This document shows positions 1-9,234 of a stretch of 26,544 bases of DNA, one piece after another. The stretch is from a virus (Duplodnaviria > Caudoviricetes), in IMG/VR virus record IMGVR_UViG_3300021446_000228, positions 1 to 26,544 of that record; one strand, written 5' to 3'. The position numbers and the translations under genes are program-made. Positions within the stretch are counted from its first letter, which is position 1. Every line of letters starts with the position of its first letter. The notes under the pieces are model-generated. The model saw only the letters and a list, made by a program, of their open reading frames with translations. It had not been told where the DNA came from and made no database searches.

Positions 1-1
1 C

Positions 2-808
2 TACAACAGCAAAGCTCCGAACTTGATGACAACGGAGGAAATCAAGGAGCTTGCCGACCAGTATCGGGAGGACGGTAAAATTGATGTTTTCTTCCGGGAG
101 TTCAGGAACCAGGCCATTTCGGGGGAGGATGCCAGCTTTTCCCAGGATATGTTCCGTTACTATGAGGAGGCTGATTATAGCCTCTCCGCTAACGTGGATA
201 TCGAAAACCTCCTCCTGGTGGATCCCGCCAGGAGCTCGAAGATGTCCTCGTCCGAGAGTGCCATTGTGGGCGTTGCAGTTGACCTTAACAGCAATGAGAT
301 TTTCGTTAGGGAGGTGAGGCACGGCTATTGGAGTCCCGATGTTTTCTATAACAACATCTTCCACGTGGCAGGGGATATCGGAGCTAAAATTGTAGGGGTG
401 GAGGTAACAGGCCTCCATGAGTTCGTAACCTTCCCGTTGGAGAATGAAATCCGAAGGAGAGGATCAACTCTCCAGCTGGTGGAACTCCAAGCCAGGGGCG
501 GACGGAATGAGAAAGGGAAGACCCAGAGGGTTCGTAGCTTGGTTTCCTTCTATCGCCAGGGGTTGGTTAAGCATAATCCCCAGGTTTGTGATCCGTTGGA
601 GGCCCAACTTCTGGCTTTTCCCAAATCGAGGAAGTGGGATATCATGGATGCCCTCGGCTACTTGCCGGAGCTACTGGAGAAAGGGGAGCGCTATATGCAG
701 CCAACGGCTGCCGATGAGGTGTATCCCACCGCCCAGGAGTTGGAGAAGGAATATGAGGGCTTGCAGGAATATAAGGGACCGGAGGTGAACGATTTTAGGG
801 TCGTTTAG
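2..808 (+). CDS. terL: Terminase large subunit, C-terminal RNase H-like nuclease domain (5'-truncated by window edge)
   Basis: The frame is open from base 2. Motifs FFREFRN, LLVDPA, GVEVTG, KxxRV and DIMDAL match the acidic catalytic layout of TerL nuclease domains. Lies directly upstream of the portal. Confidence 0.9.
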   Translation, partial: YNSKAPNLMTTEEIKELADQYREDGKIDVFFREFRNQAISGEDASFSQDMFRYYEEADYSLSANVDIENLLLVDPARSSKMSSSESAIVGVAVDLNSNEIFVREVRHGYWSPDVFYNNIFHVAGDIGAKIVGVEVTGLHEFVTFPLENEIRRRGSTLQLVELQARGGRNEKGKTQRVRSLVSFYRQGLVKHNPQVCDPLEAQLLAFPKSRKWDIMDALGYLPELLEKGERYMQPTAADEVYPTAQELEKEYEGLQEYKGPEVNDFRVV

Positions 809-811
809 CCA

Positions 812-836
812 TGAAGGGTGAAAAATTCACCTTTCC
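812..836. repeat. Palindromic repeat copy 1: TGAA gg GTGAA AAA TTCAC ct TTCC
   Basis: Read directly; begins 3 nt after the terL stop; core at 818-830. Confidence 0.95.
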
Positions 837-855
837 TTACCAATAGTCCAATTCC

Positions 856-891
856 CGTTCCCAGGGAACGTTTTATAACCGCTTGGGTTAT
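856..891 (+). terminator. Two small hairpins between terL and portal; the first is terminator-like
   Basis: CGTTCC-cag-GGAACG (856-870) followed by TTTT, then ATAACC-gcttg-GGTTAT (875-891). Confidence 0.4.
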
Positions 892-929
892 GTCGGTAAC
901 AATCTTCTCGCCGGATCGCCAAACCGGAG

Positions 930-2993
930 ATGCCTCCAGTTCTCAATCCAAATAACAACGAACTCCCAGGGGAGCTAACCTCCCAGGAGTATGACTATGA
1001 TTATCCCCTGGAGGGGCTGGAGCCGGGAGATTCGTTTCATCGGGAATTGGCCGGGAAGTTGAAGCGGCGGGCGTTTCGGAGCCATAATACGATGAGCGAT
1101 AAGTATGAGGAATGGCGGAAAATGGATGAGAAGCTGAGGACTTACGTTCGGCCCGAGGCCAGGAAGGATGATGAAACGAAAAGCGAGGCAAGGAAGAAAA
1201 GGGAGAATCGGTTGGTGATGCCAGTTTCCTACGCCAACCTTGAGACGTTGCTTACCTACATGTCCTCCGCGTTCCTGAGGGATCCTATCTTTGAGTATGA
1301 AGGGCATGGGCCGGAGGATGTCTTGGGAGGGGAGCTGATGACGAAGGTGATTGCAAAGCAGGTTCAAAAGAAGGCGGTGGGGTTGAGCCTTCATACCGCT
1401 TGGCGGGATGGGTTTGCCTATGGGATCGGCCCGGCGGCACCTCGTTGGGCGAAGGAATATGGGACTAAGTTCTCTGCGCCGGAGAAGGGCTATCGTTCCG
1501 AGTCCAGAGGGAAAACCTTTCGGACTGGAAGAGAAAAGAAGCGGGAGGATAACCAATTGCTTTGGGAAGGGAATGAGTTGGTCAACATCGATCCCTATCG
1601 CTACTATCCCGATCCCCAAGTTTCTGCCCACGAGGTTCAGCAAGGAGAGTATGTAGGATGGCTCGACCGGAGTAACTTGATGCAGCTTCTATCGAAGGAG
1701 CAGAACGACGATTCCATCTTCAACGTCCGTTACCTTAGGCATCACAACAAACGAGTTTCAGGACTAAGCGGTAATCAATCTGGACGCCCTCAAAGCTCGA
1801 ACCGGGAAGCCACCTCTTCGGTTAATACGCCAGTTGATGTTCTATGGATCTACGTAAATTTGATTCCCCAGGAGTGGAACCTGGGGGATGGTGAGTACCC
1901 AGAGAAATGGATGTTCGGCTTGGCGGGGGACGATGTGATTATTTGTGCCAAGCCCCTCGGGCTTGCCCACAACAAGTTCCCCGTGGCCGTTTGTGCTCCA
2001 GACTATGACGGTTATAGCCCCCTCCCGGCCAGTCGGATGGGAATCGTTTCTGATTTGCAGGATACCATTGACTTTCTCTATAACTCTCATATCCAGAACA
2101 TCAGAAAGGCGGTAAACAATCAGTTCCTGGTGGACCCATCGTTGGTTAACCTCAACGACGTTAACAATCCCAAACCAGGGAAGCTGATGCGCATGAGAAG
2201 GGCAGCCTTCGGGCGGGGGAATTTGGATGCTGCAATGAAGCAGTTTGAGGTCAACGATGTCACCCGTGGCCATGTGGGTGACGCTCAGAACCTTAGTAGC
2301 TTCATGCAAACGGCCACGGGCGCCACGGATGCAGCCCAAGGGCGCGTTCAGCCGAGGTCCACCAGGATTTCCTCTGCCGAGTTCAAGGGGTCCAAAACGG
2401 CCTCCCTGAACCGCATGGAAAAAACGGCGAAGGTTATTTCCATGCAGTTCATGCTCCCCATTGCGAGAATGTTTGCCAGCCATACGCAGCAGTTGATGGA
2501 GGAGGAGACCTACGTTAAGGTGGCGGGCGATTGGGAGGAACAGCTTAGGCAGGACTATGGGATCAACCTCCAGGAGCAGAACCGGAGTCCACAGCGGGGT
2601 CGGATGAAGGTTAGTCCCCTTGACTTGATGGTCCAATATGACCTAACCGCCCACGACGGTGCTATTCCCGGCACCGAGGATGCTCAAACCTGGGTTGAGC
2701 TTTTTCAGATCATGAGTCAGAACCCGAAGGTGGCGAGGAACTTTGATATGAAGAGGGTTTTTACTCATATTGCCCACCATCTTGGGGCGAAGAATATCGA
2801 TCAGTTCCTTCTAAAAAGCAACCAACCTCCACAGGTGCGGCCTGATGAGGACGTGGCCGAGGAGGTCCAGAAAGGAAACCTGGTCCCCGCCGAGGGAGGA
2901 GGGCCACAACCATCACCACCAGCTAATCAACCACCTCCATCCAATGGCCAAAGGAACGGTGCCGGGCCACCAGGAAGACCGCCCGCTGCATAG
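930..2993 (+). CDS. Portal protein (podovirus/P22-like)
   Basis: 687 aa directly after terL. Portal-like segments include GFAYGIG, NIDPYRYYPDP, NKFPVAVC, DLQDTIDFLYN, PKPGKLMRM and TATGATDAAQG. Pro-rich disordered C-terminal tail. Confidence 0.85.
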   Translation: MPPVLNPNNNELPGELTSQEYDYDYPLEGLEPGDSFHRELAGKLKRRAFRSHNTMSDKYEEWRKMDEKLRTYVRPEARKDDETKSEARKKRENRLVMPVSYANLETLLTYMSSAFLRDPIFEYEGHGPEDVLGGELMTKVIAKQVQKKAVGLSLHTAWRDGFAYGIGPAAPRWAKEYGTKFSAPEKGYRSESRGKTFRTGREKKREDNQLLWEGNELVNIDPYRYYPDPQVSAHEVQQGEYVGWLDRSNLMQLLSKEQNDDSIFNVRYLRHHNKRVSGLSGNQSGRPQSSNREATSSVNTPVDVLWIYVNLIPQEWNLGDGEYPEKWMFGLAGDDVIICAKPLGLAHNKFPVAVCAPDYDGYSPLPASRMGIVSDLQDTIDFLYNSHIQNIRKAVNNQFLVDPSLVNLNDVNNPKPGKLMRMRRAAFGRGNLDAAMKQFEVNDVTRGHVGDAQNLSSFMQTATGATDAAQGRVQPRSTRISSAEFKGSKTASLNRMEKTAKVISMQFMLPIARMFASHTQQLMEEETYVKVAGDWEEQLRQDYGINLQEQNRSPQRGRMKVSPLDLMVQYDLTAHDGAIPGTEDAQTWVELFQIMSQNPKVARNFDMKRVFTHIAHHLGAKNIDQFLLKSNQPPQVRPDEDVAEEVQKGNLVPAEGGGPQPSPPANQPPPSNGQRNGAGPPGRPPAA

Positions 2994-3234
2994 CTCCCAG
3001 CAGGACCTTAAGAACTATCAGGAACATCCAGTTTGGATGGACCTTGAGAGGACTGCCGAGGAGATGATTAATCGGGCGCAGTCTGATTTGGAGGAGGCCG
3101 AGACCATTGAGGAGGTTAAACAAATTCAAGGGGAAATCAGGGGAATCAGGAACATCCTTAAACTGCCAGAGGTTTTCAAACGAGAACTGGACCACTTATC
3201 GCAGGAAGAAGAATCAACCAACGAGGTTAGTTGA
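2944..3234 (+). CDS. Small helical protein between portal and scaffold
   Basis: Start reassigned to ATG 2944 (context ATCCA-ATG-GC, as at 4213 and 10791); 96 aa. HPVW...QIQGEIRGIRNILKLPE resembles the small post-portal proteins of podoviruses. Ends 1 nt before the scaffold start. Confidence 0.7.
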   Translation: MAKGTVPGHQEDRPLHSSQQDLKNYQEHPVWMDLERTAEEMINRAQSDLEEAETIEEVKQIQGEIRGIRNILKLPEVFKRELDHLSQEEESTNEVS

Positions 3235-3235
3235 T

Positions 3236-4195
3236 ATGGCCGACCAGGATGAACAAACTGCCCCACAGGACGTCTCCGAGGAGACTACTTCCGAGGGGCA
3301 GACCCAACAGTCGATGATCGAGGACATGCTGTCCTCATATCAAACCGACCAGCCGTCGGAGCCGGAGGATGAGGCCACGGCCCAAACGGAGCCGGAGGAA
3401 AGGGCCGTGGCTGATGAGGCCGATACCCAAGATGAGGCATCGGGCGGAGATGGAGAGAGCGGGCAACCCGAGGAGGCTGTGGAAGTTGATCCATCAGAGC
3501 CAGAGGTGGAGGTAGAAAAAGGCCAAACCGAACAGCAGGTTGATCCCGAAGTCCAGCGCCTGCGGGAACAAAATCAGGAACTCCAGGATCGGTTGGAGCG
3601 TCTTGAGCGCCAGCAGCAGGCAGATGAGCTTGAGGCGCCCGTGCAGGGGAATGAGGATGAAGCCCAGGACGCCGAATCGGAAACAGAAACAGGCAGCGAG
3701 GTTGAGCCTCATCAGTTCATGACCGATGAGGAGGCCCAACAGCTTTTCGGGGTGGAAGGCGCAGGGACGGTTAACGAGATGCTTAACCGAGTATATAATC
3801 GGGCCAGGGAGGACACCATCAGGGAGATTCCTGAGCTGGTTGAAAAAACCCAGGAACGGCAGCAAACGATGCAAAACGCAGTGCAGTCCTTCTATGAGGA
3901 CAACCCTGAACTCAAGAAATATAAGGACTACGTGAGCCACAAGGCAAACGAGGTCCAGGCGGAGAATCCCGACATGGATATCGAAAACTTGATGGAGGAA
4001 ACCGCCAAAAGGGCGAAGGAGGGGCTTCAGTTGCATGAGAAGGCCAAAGAAACCGAGAAGGAACGACGGGAAAAGGAGGAAGCAACCAACAACGATCCTG
4101 CCTTTGCTCCTAAAGCGCGCGGCGAGCGTGGAGGTAGCGGACCTGACAACCGATCTGGACAGCAAAAACAGATCGATGAGCTTATTTCTTCATAA
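3236..4195 (+). CDS. Capsid scaffolding protein
   Basis: Start reassigned to ATG 3236 (MADQDEQ). Very acidic disordered N-terminal half, coiled coils, FYEDNPEL motif and a short C-terminal helix. Located between portal and capsid genes. Confidence 0.8.
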   Translation: MADQDEQTAPQDVSEETTSEGQTQQSMIEDMLSSYQTDQPSEPEDEATAQTEPEERAVADEADTQDEASGGDGESGQPEEAVEVDPSEPEVEVEKGQTEQQVDPEVQRLREQNQELQDRLERLERQQQADELEAPVQGNEDEAQDAESETETGSEVEPHQFMTDEEAQQLFGVEGAGTVNEMLNRVYNRAREDTIREIPELVEKTQERQQTMQNAVQSFYEDNPELKKYKDYVSHKANEVQAENPDMDIENLMEETAKRAKEGLQLHEKAKETEKERREKEEATNNDPAFAPKARGERGGSGPDNRSGQQKQIDELISS

Positions 4196-4212
4196 CAGCC
4201 CTAACCAATCCA

Positions 4213-4602
4213 ATGGCTTTGGACTCTATTGAGGATCGGCAAACGCCACAGAAAACTTTCGTCCCTACCGAGGATGGGGAAGTTTCCCCGACCGCCCGCC
4301 GCATCAGGGCAAACTTGGGGAATATCGAGGACCTGGAACTTTCCCTTCCTAATCCCCACACCCTAACGGGGAAAACGCTCTCTTTCGTTTCGGGTGTGGA
4401 TGATGACCATGAGGGAGAAACCGGGAGCCTCAAGGTGGAGGGAGAGAACATCGAGAAAACCCTGGATACCGATGGGGATGCCCTTTTGCTTCAAAGCGAT
4501 GGGGATCGTTGGTTCGTTATCAGCGAAACCGAAGGCTCTGGTTCTCGAACCTCATCTCGAAGCCGCACCTCCAACGGCTCCCGAACCAACAGTGGTTCCT
4601 AA
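4213..4602 (+). CDS. Small beta-rich virion protein, possible capsid decoration
   Basis: 129 aa with LSLP...GKTLSFV...LLLQSDGDRWFVI, a pattern seen in phage fibre/decoration domains. Ser/Arg-rich tail. Directly upstream of the major capsid gene. Confidence 0.5.
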   Translation: MALDSIEDRQTPQKTFVPTEDGEVSPTARRIRANLGNIEDLELSLPNPHTLTGKTLSFVSGVDDDHEGETGSLKVEGENIEKTLDTDGDALLLQSDGDRWFVISETEGSGSRTSSRSRTSNGSRTNSGS

Positions 4603-4703
4603 GGATCGTCGAGCGCAGCAGGACGCTCTTTAAGGAGCCTCTCCGTAAGGAAAGGCAACAAGTTTCACTTTTTCTCTCTTTATCATAAATCAACCTCAAT
4701 ATT

Positions 4704-5996
4704 ATGCCTTTTCTTGGTATGAGAGGTACAGGTGATTGGACGGACAATGAGCGCCCCGAGGACTGGCGTGAAACGATCCTCTATCTGTACCCAAACGGTA
4801 AAGCTCCTCTTACTGCCATCATGTCAATGATGGACAGCGAGGAGACCTCCGATCCGCACTTCCACTGGTTTCCCAAGCAGATGCCCCTCCAGGCAGGAGA
4901 GGTCACGGGGACTTATACGGACTCCTCGCTCTCTACTGCTTATGATCCTGGCACCAACGGCACCGCTCAATCTGGCGATGTGCTCTATTTCCAAACCGAT
5001 GCCAGCACGGCTGGTGAGTTCAGGGAAGGTCATAACGCACAGATAACGGTCAAGCAGGATCCCCGGTATGAGACCGTGGGTCGGGTGACCGATACTATGC
5101 AGAACGGATCCGACAGCTATGTTGCCGTGACGCTCCGAGAGGACGCGGACGGGAGCTATGATCTGGATGACGCCGACTGGATTGAGGTGGTAGGAAACTC
5201 GAACCCCGAGGGCGCTACGATGCCGCCGTCGGTCAGCTACGATGTGGAAGACCGAGGGAACTATACCCAAATCTTCCGCACGCCGCTCTCGATTACCCGC
5301 ACGGCCCGTCAAACGCGGCTCCGAACGGGCGAAGCGCTCAACCGGATGAAAAAGGAAGCCCTTGAGCTTCACTCCATCGAAATGGAGAAAGCCTTCATCT
5401 GGGGCATCAAGAGCGTGGTCCAGGGTGCGAACGGGAAACCTGAGCGGACCACCAGGGGCATCAAGAAAGCCTATGAGCAGTTCGCCCCGCAGAACATCTT
5501 TGACTATCGCTTCGATAGCGATTATAGCGGGCAAACGTGGCTCGATGGTGGTGAGGAATGGTTCAACGATGTCCAGGAGCGCATTTTTCGGCATGGGGAA
5601 ACTGAGAAGTTGGCCCTCGTTGGATCGGGTGCCCTCCAGGCCGTGAACGATCTCGCCAAGAGCGGCGCGCACTATAACCTCGAAGCGAGGGAGATGGCCT
5701 ACGGGATCAAGGTGATCGAGTGGGTTACGCCTCATGGCACGCTCTATCTGAAAACCGCCCCGCTGATGACCCAATCGGCCAACCATCGGCGTTCGATGTT
5801 GGTGATCGAGCCTTCTCGCCTGCGTACACGGTACGTTCAGGATACCATGTACAAGAACGATAATTCCGAGGACCGGAACACCAACAACTCCAGGGATGGT
5901 ACCGAGGAAGAGTACCTGACTGAAAGTGGGTTGGAGCATCACCACGAACTGGTTGGTGGGTTCTTCTCCGGAATGGGCTTTGATAACCAGGTTTGA
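4704..5996 (+). CDS. Major capsid protein (HK97 fold, SU10/DUF5309-like)
   Basis: 430 aa. Contains APLTAIM...FHWF, GNSNPEGA, NYTQIFR, KEALELH..EMEKAFIWG, RTTRGI, EWVTPHGTL and YLTESGLE. Follows the scaffold and is followed by a strong hairpin. Confidence 0.9.
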   Translation: MPFLGMRGTGDWTDNERPEDWRETILYLYPNGKAPLTAIMSMMDSEETSDPHFHWFPKQMPLQAGEVTGTYTDSSLSTAYDPGTNGTAQSGDVLYFQTDASTAGEFREGHNAQITVKQDPRYETVGRVTDTMQNGSDSYVAVTLREDADGSYDLDDADWIEVVGNSNPEGATMPPSVSYDVEDRGNYTQIFRTPLSITRTARQTRLRTGEALNRMKKEALELHSIEMEKAFIWGIKSVVQGANGKPERTTRGIKKAYEQFAPQNIFDYRFDSDYSGQTWLDGGEEWFNDVQERIFRHGETEKLALVGSGALQAVNDLAKSGAHYNLEAREMAYGIKVIEWVTPHGTLYLKTAPLMTQSANHRRSMLVIEPSRLRTRYVQDTMYKNDNSEDRNTNNSRDGTEEEYLTESGLEHHHELVGGFFSGMGFDNQV

Positions 5997-6013
5997 TGCT
6001 TGGTTTTCAACGG

Positions 6014-6051
6014 CATCTGGAAAGGGAATGGCGGGGTTCCCTTTCCAGATG
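6014..6051 (+). terminator. Perfect 15-bp hairpin after the capsid gene (terminator or mRNA-stabilising stem)
   Basis: CATCTGGAAAGGGAA (6014-6028), 8-nt loop, TTCCCTTTCCAGATG (6037-6051). No clear U-tract follows. Confidence 0.55.
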
Positions 6052-6074
6052 AACTGTGAAAATTTCACTCTTCA
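6050..6074. repeat. Palindromic repeat copy 2: TGAA ct GTGAA AAT TTCAC tc TTCA
   Basis: Read directly; core at 6056-6068; intergenic, 6 nt before the ATG at 6081. Confidence 0.95.
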
Positions 6075-6080
6075 TCCCCT

Positions 6081-6827
6081 ATGAACCTCCGTGAGATTCG
6101 GCAAAAGTTCGTCCAGTTGACTGGACGACGGGACCTCGTCAACGAGGCCACGGAGAACGGGAATACCTATTATGAGGACAACGGGTCAGATTTTTTTATC
6201 CGTGCAGGGTTGAGATATTTGGATCGGATTACTGACCTCAACGGGCAGCGGGAAGATATCAAAATGTATCTCCCTTCGGGGGAGTTTGTGGTTCCCATTG
6301 GGCGCGTTACCCATGTTAAGGAAGGCGGCGATGTGGCTGGCAAAGGCTTTCGGGTTGTTGAATCAGTTAGGGTTGTTCGGGATAATGATGAGGCCCAGTT
6401 CCTTCGGAGGATTACGTTTCAGGACTTCAAGAGGAAACGGCAGAGGAGTGAAAATCAGCAGGGTTCGGTCCCATCAGTCTATACGTTGGCCGAGCCTATT
6501 CAAGCTGTTAAGGATGTTGGGAAAAAAGGCCATCGGGAGCTAATGGTTTGGCCTCCTGCCCCTTCTGATTCCACAGTTCCTTTAGGAATCAGGGGCCTAC
6601 TTACCTCCGCAACTTTGAAGGATGACGATGACCGGAATTGGTGGACTATCAATATGCCAGAAACTCTCATCCAGGCAGGATGGTACACCCTCGAACGCTT
6701 TTACCGAAATCGAACGGGGATGAAAGATCATCGACGAGCAATTCTTGATGATATTCAGAACTTCAAGGCTGATGAGTATCAGGAAGAAGCCGTTTCTTCT
6801 GACCAAATGAACAACAGCGAATTATGA
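6081..6827 (+). CDS. Head-tail adaptor (tail tubular protein A-like)
   Basis: 248 aa after the capsid gene. MNLREIR N-terminus, PSVYT, LMVWPPAP and DDDRNWWTINMPETLI match the adaptor pattern. Confidence 0.7.
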   Translation: MNLREIRQKFVQLTGRRDLVNEATENGNTYYEDNGSDFFIRAGLRYLDRITDLNGQREDIKMYLPSGEFVVPIGRVTHVKEGGDVAGKGFRVVESVRVVRDNDEAQFLRRITFQDFKRKRQRSENQQGSVPSVYTLAEPIQAVKDVGKKGHRELMVWPPAPSDSTVPLGIRGLLTSATLKDDDDRNWWTINMPETLIQAGWYTLERFYRNRTGMKDHRRAILDDIQNFKADEYQEEAVSSDQMNNSEL

Positions 6828-7231
6828 TCAATAAATATGATCGTTCAGATTTCAACAGGGCCTGCTTATTTGATGCTGACGAGTTTCAGCAGATTCCTTA
6901 TGAGGAAAAAGTTGAAAGTGTTAGGTTCGGTAATATTATTGCCGGTTATCAAGCTGATTACGGCATTTACCTTTATGATCTCACAATTGACGTTGGTTCT
7001 TTCACCTACACTGGCTCAAACTCAGATCAGCTTGAAATTGGATACTATATTCTCGATTCAGGCGCCGTAAGAGTGGAAAATTATGTTGATTTAATCGAAG
7101 GAAGCCATTATCTTGGAGAACGGTATTTAAATTCAGATGAAAATATTCGTTTTATAGCACATCCTTCTGAAGAACAAAATGGGTTGTTAGAAACAATCAG
7201 GGTTTCCTTTAAAATAGGATCCCAAGCATAG
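6824..7231 (+). CDS. Hypothetical protein, AT-rich, in tail module
   Basis: 135 aa with an ATGA overlap with the adaptor stop. Hand count gives about 38% GC over 6841-7200. Confidence 0.65.
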   Translation: MINKYDRSDFNRACLFDADEFQQIPYEEKVESVRFGNIIAGYQADYGIYLYDLTIDVGSFTYTGSNSDQLEIGYYILDSGAVRVENYVDLIEGSHYLGERYLNSDENIRFIAHPSEEQNGLLETIRVSFKIGSQA

Positions 7232-7255
7232 AAAATAACTTCATTCTAAACTGCT

Positions 7256-8800
7256 TTGCGTGAGTTCGGCTTCGACGTTTCGGAGAGCCTGGCAAGGGGC
7301 TTGCAGCCCGAAAGGGAAGCCCGTCGGGGTGATCAGTTTCTTCGGATGGCGAGGAATGTAGTTACACGTCCTTATGGCTTGAGCAGGTTTGAGTTGCCCG
7401 TTGATCCCTTTGAGTATAATCAGGCGGACTATCCCTTCCCGCAGTTCTTCCAAGCTCCTGTGGAACCCCTGCTGGCTAACAGGGATGAAGTCATGGGAAT
7501 TGACACCCTGAATAAGCCGTGGGCAGTTGATTATTATATCAGCGGCTTGCCCGAGGGTGGAGTTTGGCATGCGGCGGTAGGGGGCGGAGGTTGGTTCTTG
7601 TTCAATGGAGTTTGCTGTGTTTATAATGCGGGGTTTCCTCATCCGGAGATTCACCTTGAAACTGATGTAACTATCAGGACGGGCTGTTTCCACAGGGGAA
7701 GAGTCCTCCTGGGAGGCTTCGACTCGAACAACATCTGGAGCAAAGGGCTGGGAGACTTCCTTAGGATGCATGAGTCTGAACTTCCCGACGGAACGCTTGA
7801 TGGATTCGACGACTTGGATAAAAATTGGGTTGCTTGGTCCAGTATTGGGGACTTTGACCTTCCTTATTGGTTCTTTGATTACCAGCCCCCTGAACTCCCG
7901 TTTGGTTGGACCGATAATGAGGTGATCCATCGCTTTGAGCGGAATGAACTGGGATGGATGCCGATGCCATCGGAGGGAGAGGTGCGGGCGATGGTTCCCT
8001 TCGGGGAGCATGTGGTTGTTTTCACCGATACGGGAATTTATGCTTTGACTCTGTCAGGAAGAACTCAAAGTAGAAATATTCCTCCCACCTATGGCTTCCA
8101 GGAGGTTGCGAGGGTTCCATTGGCAGGGCGGGGTGCCGTTGCGAAGGGAGGAACTGGTTTGTTGTTTATCGATGCAAGGGGCCAGCTGTGGAATATTGGT
8201 GGGAACCTTGATGTTCAGCGTTTAGGATATCGAAGGTACCTAAGCAGCGTCCTGGGGAATCAACCTGTTGTTGATTATCGAGAGGAGCAGGAGGACTATA
8301 TTATATCAAGTGGAAACTTCCAGAGCTTTATTTTCAACGAGAGTGGGCTGACCCAGCACGATGCCCGGATTGGTTTCACCACGTATCGGGATGGAGCAAC
8401 AATTGGAACCTTCGAGTTCCCCGAGCTTGCTCATTGCCACTTGGTTACAAGTGAGTTTGACATGAGCGTTCGCGGGGATAAGATGGTTACCCAAATCACT
8501 GCTAACTGCGCCAAACCCCTCGCGGCGGAGGTTAAGGTTGATGTTAAGTATGGCAACGATTGGTTTGAAGACGAGGATTGGATTCCCCTCAACGAGGAGG
8601 GAGTGGCAAGGATTCACCTATCGGGGAAGGAGTTTCGGGTTCATATTAGGGCGCCCTATGAGGAGGGGCTTGATCTTGAATATCTGCACGTGAGATACCA
8701 AGTGCAGGACCGCCGGGCAACGAGGGGGCCTTATATCGAGACTCCGCCGCAGGGCGGAGGTGGGCGGCAGCAGGCTCAAAGAAGTGGGGGTGGTAACTGA
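7256..8800 (+). CDS. Tail nozzle / DNA stabilisation protein (T7 gp12 / P22 gp10-like)
   Basis: 514 aa, TTG start. Beta-propeller-like segments (FHRGRVLLGG, VAWSSIGD, VVVFTDTGIYAL, LLFIDARG) and a C-terminal GKEFRVHI strand. Synteny fits. Confidence 0.7.
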   Translation: MREFGFDVSESLARGLQPEREARRGDQFLRMARNVVTRPYGLSRFELPVDPFEYNQADYPFPQFFQAPVEPLLANRDEVMGIDTLNKPWAVDYYISGLPEGGVWHAAVGGGGWFLFNGVCCVYNAGFPHPEIHLETDVTIRTGCFHRGRVLLGGFDSNNIWSKGLGDFLRMHESELPDGTLDGFDDLDKNWVAWSSIGDFDLPYWFFDYQPPELPFGWTDNEVIHRFERNELGWMPMPSEGEVRAMVPFGEHVVVFTDTGIYALTLSGRTQSRNIPPTYGFQEVARVPLAGRGAVAKGGTGLLFIDARGQLWNIGGNLDVQRLGYRRYLSSVLGNQPVVDYREEQEDYIISSGNFQSFIFNESGLTQHDARIGFTTYRDGATIGTFEFPELAHCHLVTSEFDMSVRGDKMVTQITANCAKPLAAEVKVDVKYGNDWFEDEDWIPLNEEGVARIHLSGKEFRVHIRAPYEEGLDLEYLHVRYQVQDRRATRGPYIETPPQGGGGRQQAQRSGGGN

Positions 8801-9231
8801 TGCAGCTCATCAAGATGCTCCCGGAACAGGTAGAAGAATATTGGGAAGACGTGGCTCCCATGATTGCCCAATCCCTTCCCTATGATATAGAAAAAACCCG
8901 CCGAGGGTTAACCAACCTCCTGGCTGCGATCCTAAACGAGCGTGGAACCTGTTGGGCATTTTATAGCGAGGAGGAGTTCCACGGGCTGTTGGTTACGCAT
9001 CAGTACGTGGATCCCCTCGTCAGGGCAAAATTCCTCGTTCTTTATTCAGCCTATGCGGTTAAACCCGTTACTCCTGATGTGTGGCAAGAGGCAATGGGAA
9101 CGTTGAGAAAATACGCAAGGGAACAACGGTGCCGTTCCATAGTATTCTACACGCCAAGCGACAAATGGGCGCGGTTTGCAGAGATGCAGGATATTGATGG
9201 TCATTTTCATATGTTGACAACGGAGGTTTAG
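8800..9231 (+). CDS. GNAT-fold-like virion morphogenesis protein (T7 gp13 position)
   Basis: 143 aa. EEYWEDVAPMI...CWAF...GLLVT...LRKYAREQRCRSI...WARF is the pattern of podovirus GNAT-like proteins between nozzle and ejection genes. TGATG coupling to the nozzle gene. Confidence 0.6.
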   Translation: MQLIKMLPEQVEEYWEDVAPMIAQSLPYDIEKTRRGLTNLLAAILNERGTCWAFYSEEEFHGLLVTHQYVDPLVRAKFLVLYSAYAVKPVTPDVWQEAMGTLRKYAREQRCRSIVFYTPSDKWARFAEMQDIDGHFHMLTTEV

Positions 9232-9234
9232 GTT

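Noticed and set aside
2845-3235. Listed starts at 2845 and 3107
   Set aside because: They create long overlaps with neighbouring genes; 2944 and 3236 give compact gene packing.
4533-4599. Ser/Arg/Thr repeat tail (GSRTSSRSRTSNGSRTNSGS)
   Set aside because: Low-complexity peptide without exact DNA repeats; no function can be supported.
4824-6068. 414-aa antisense ORF over the capsid gene
   Set aside because: No recognisable motifs; long antisense frames are an expected shadow of biased codon usage. The same applies to 975-1643, 1842-2636, 3494-4165, 7241-8011, 19098-19727 and 23744-24697.
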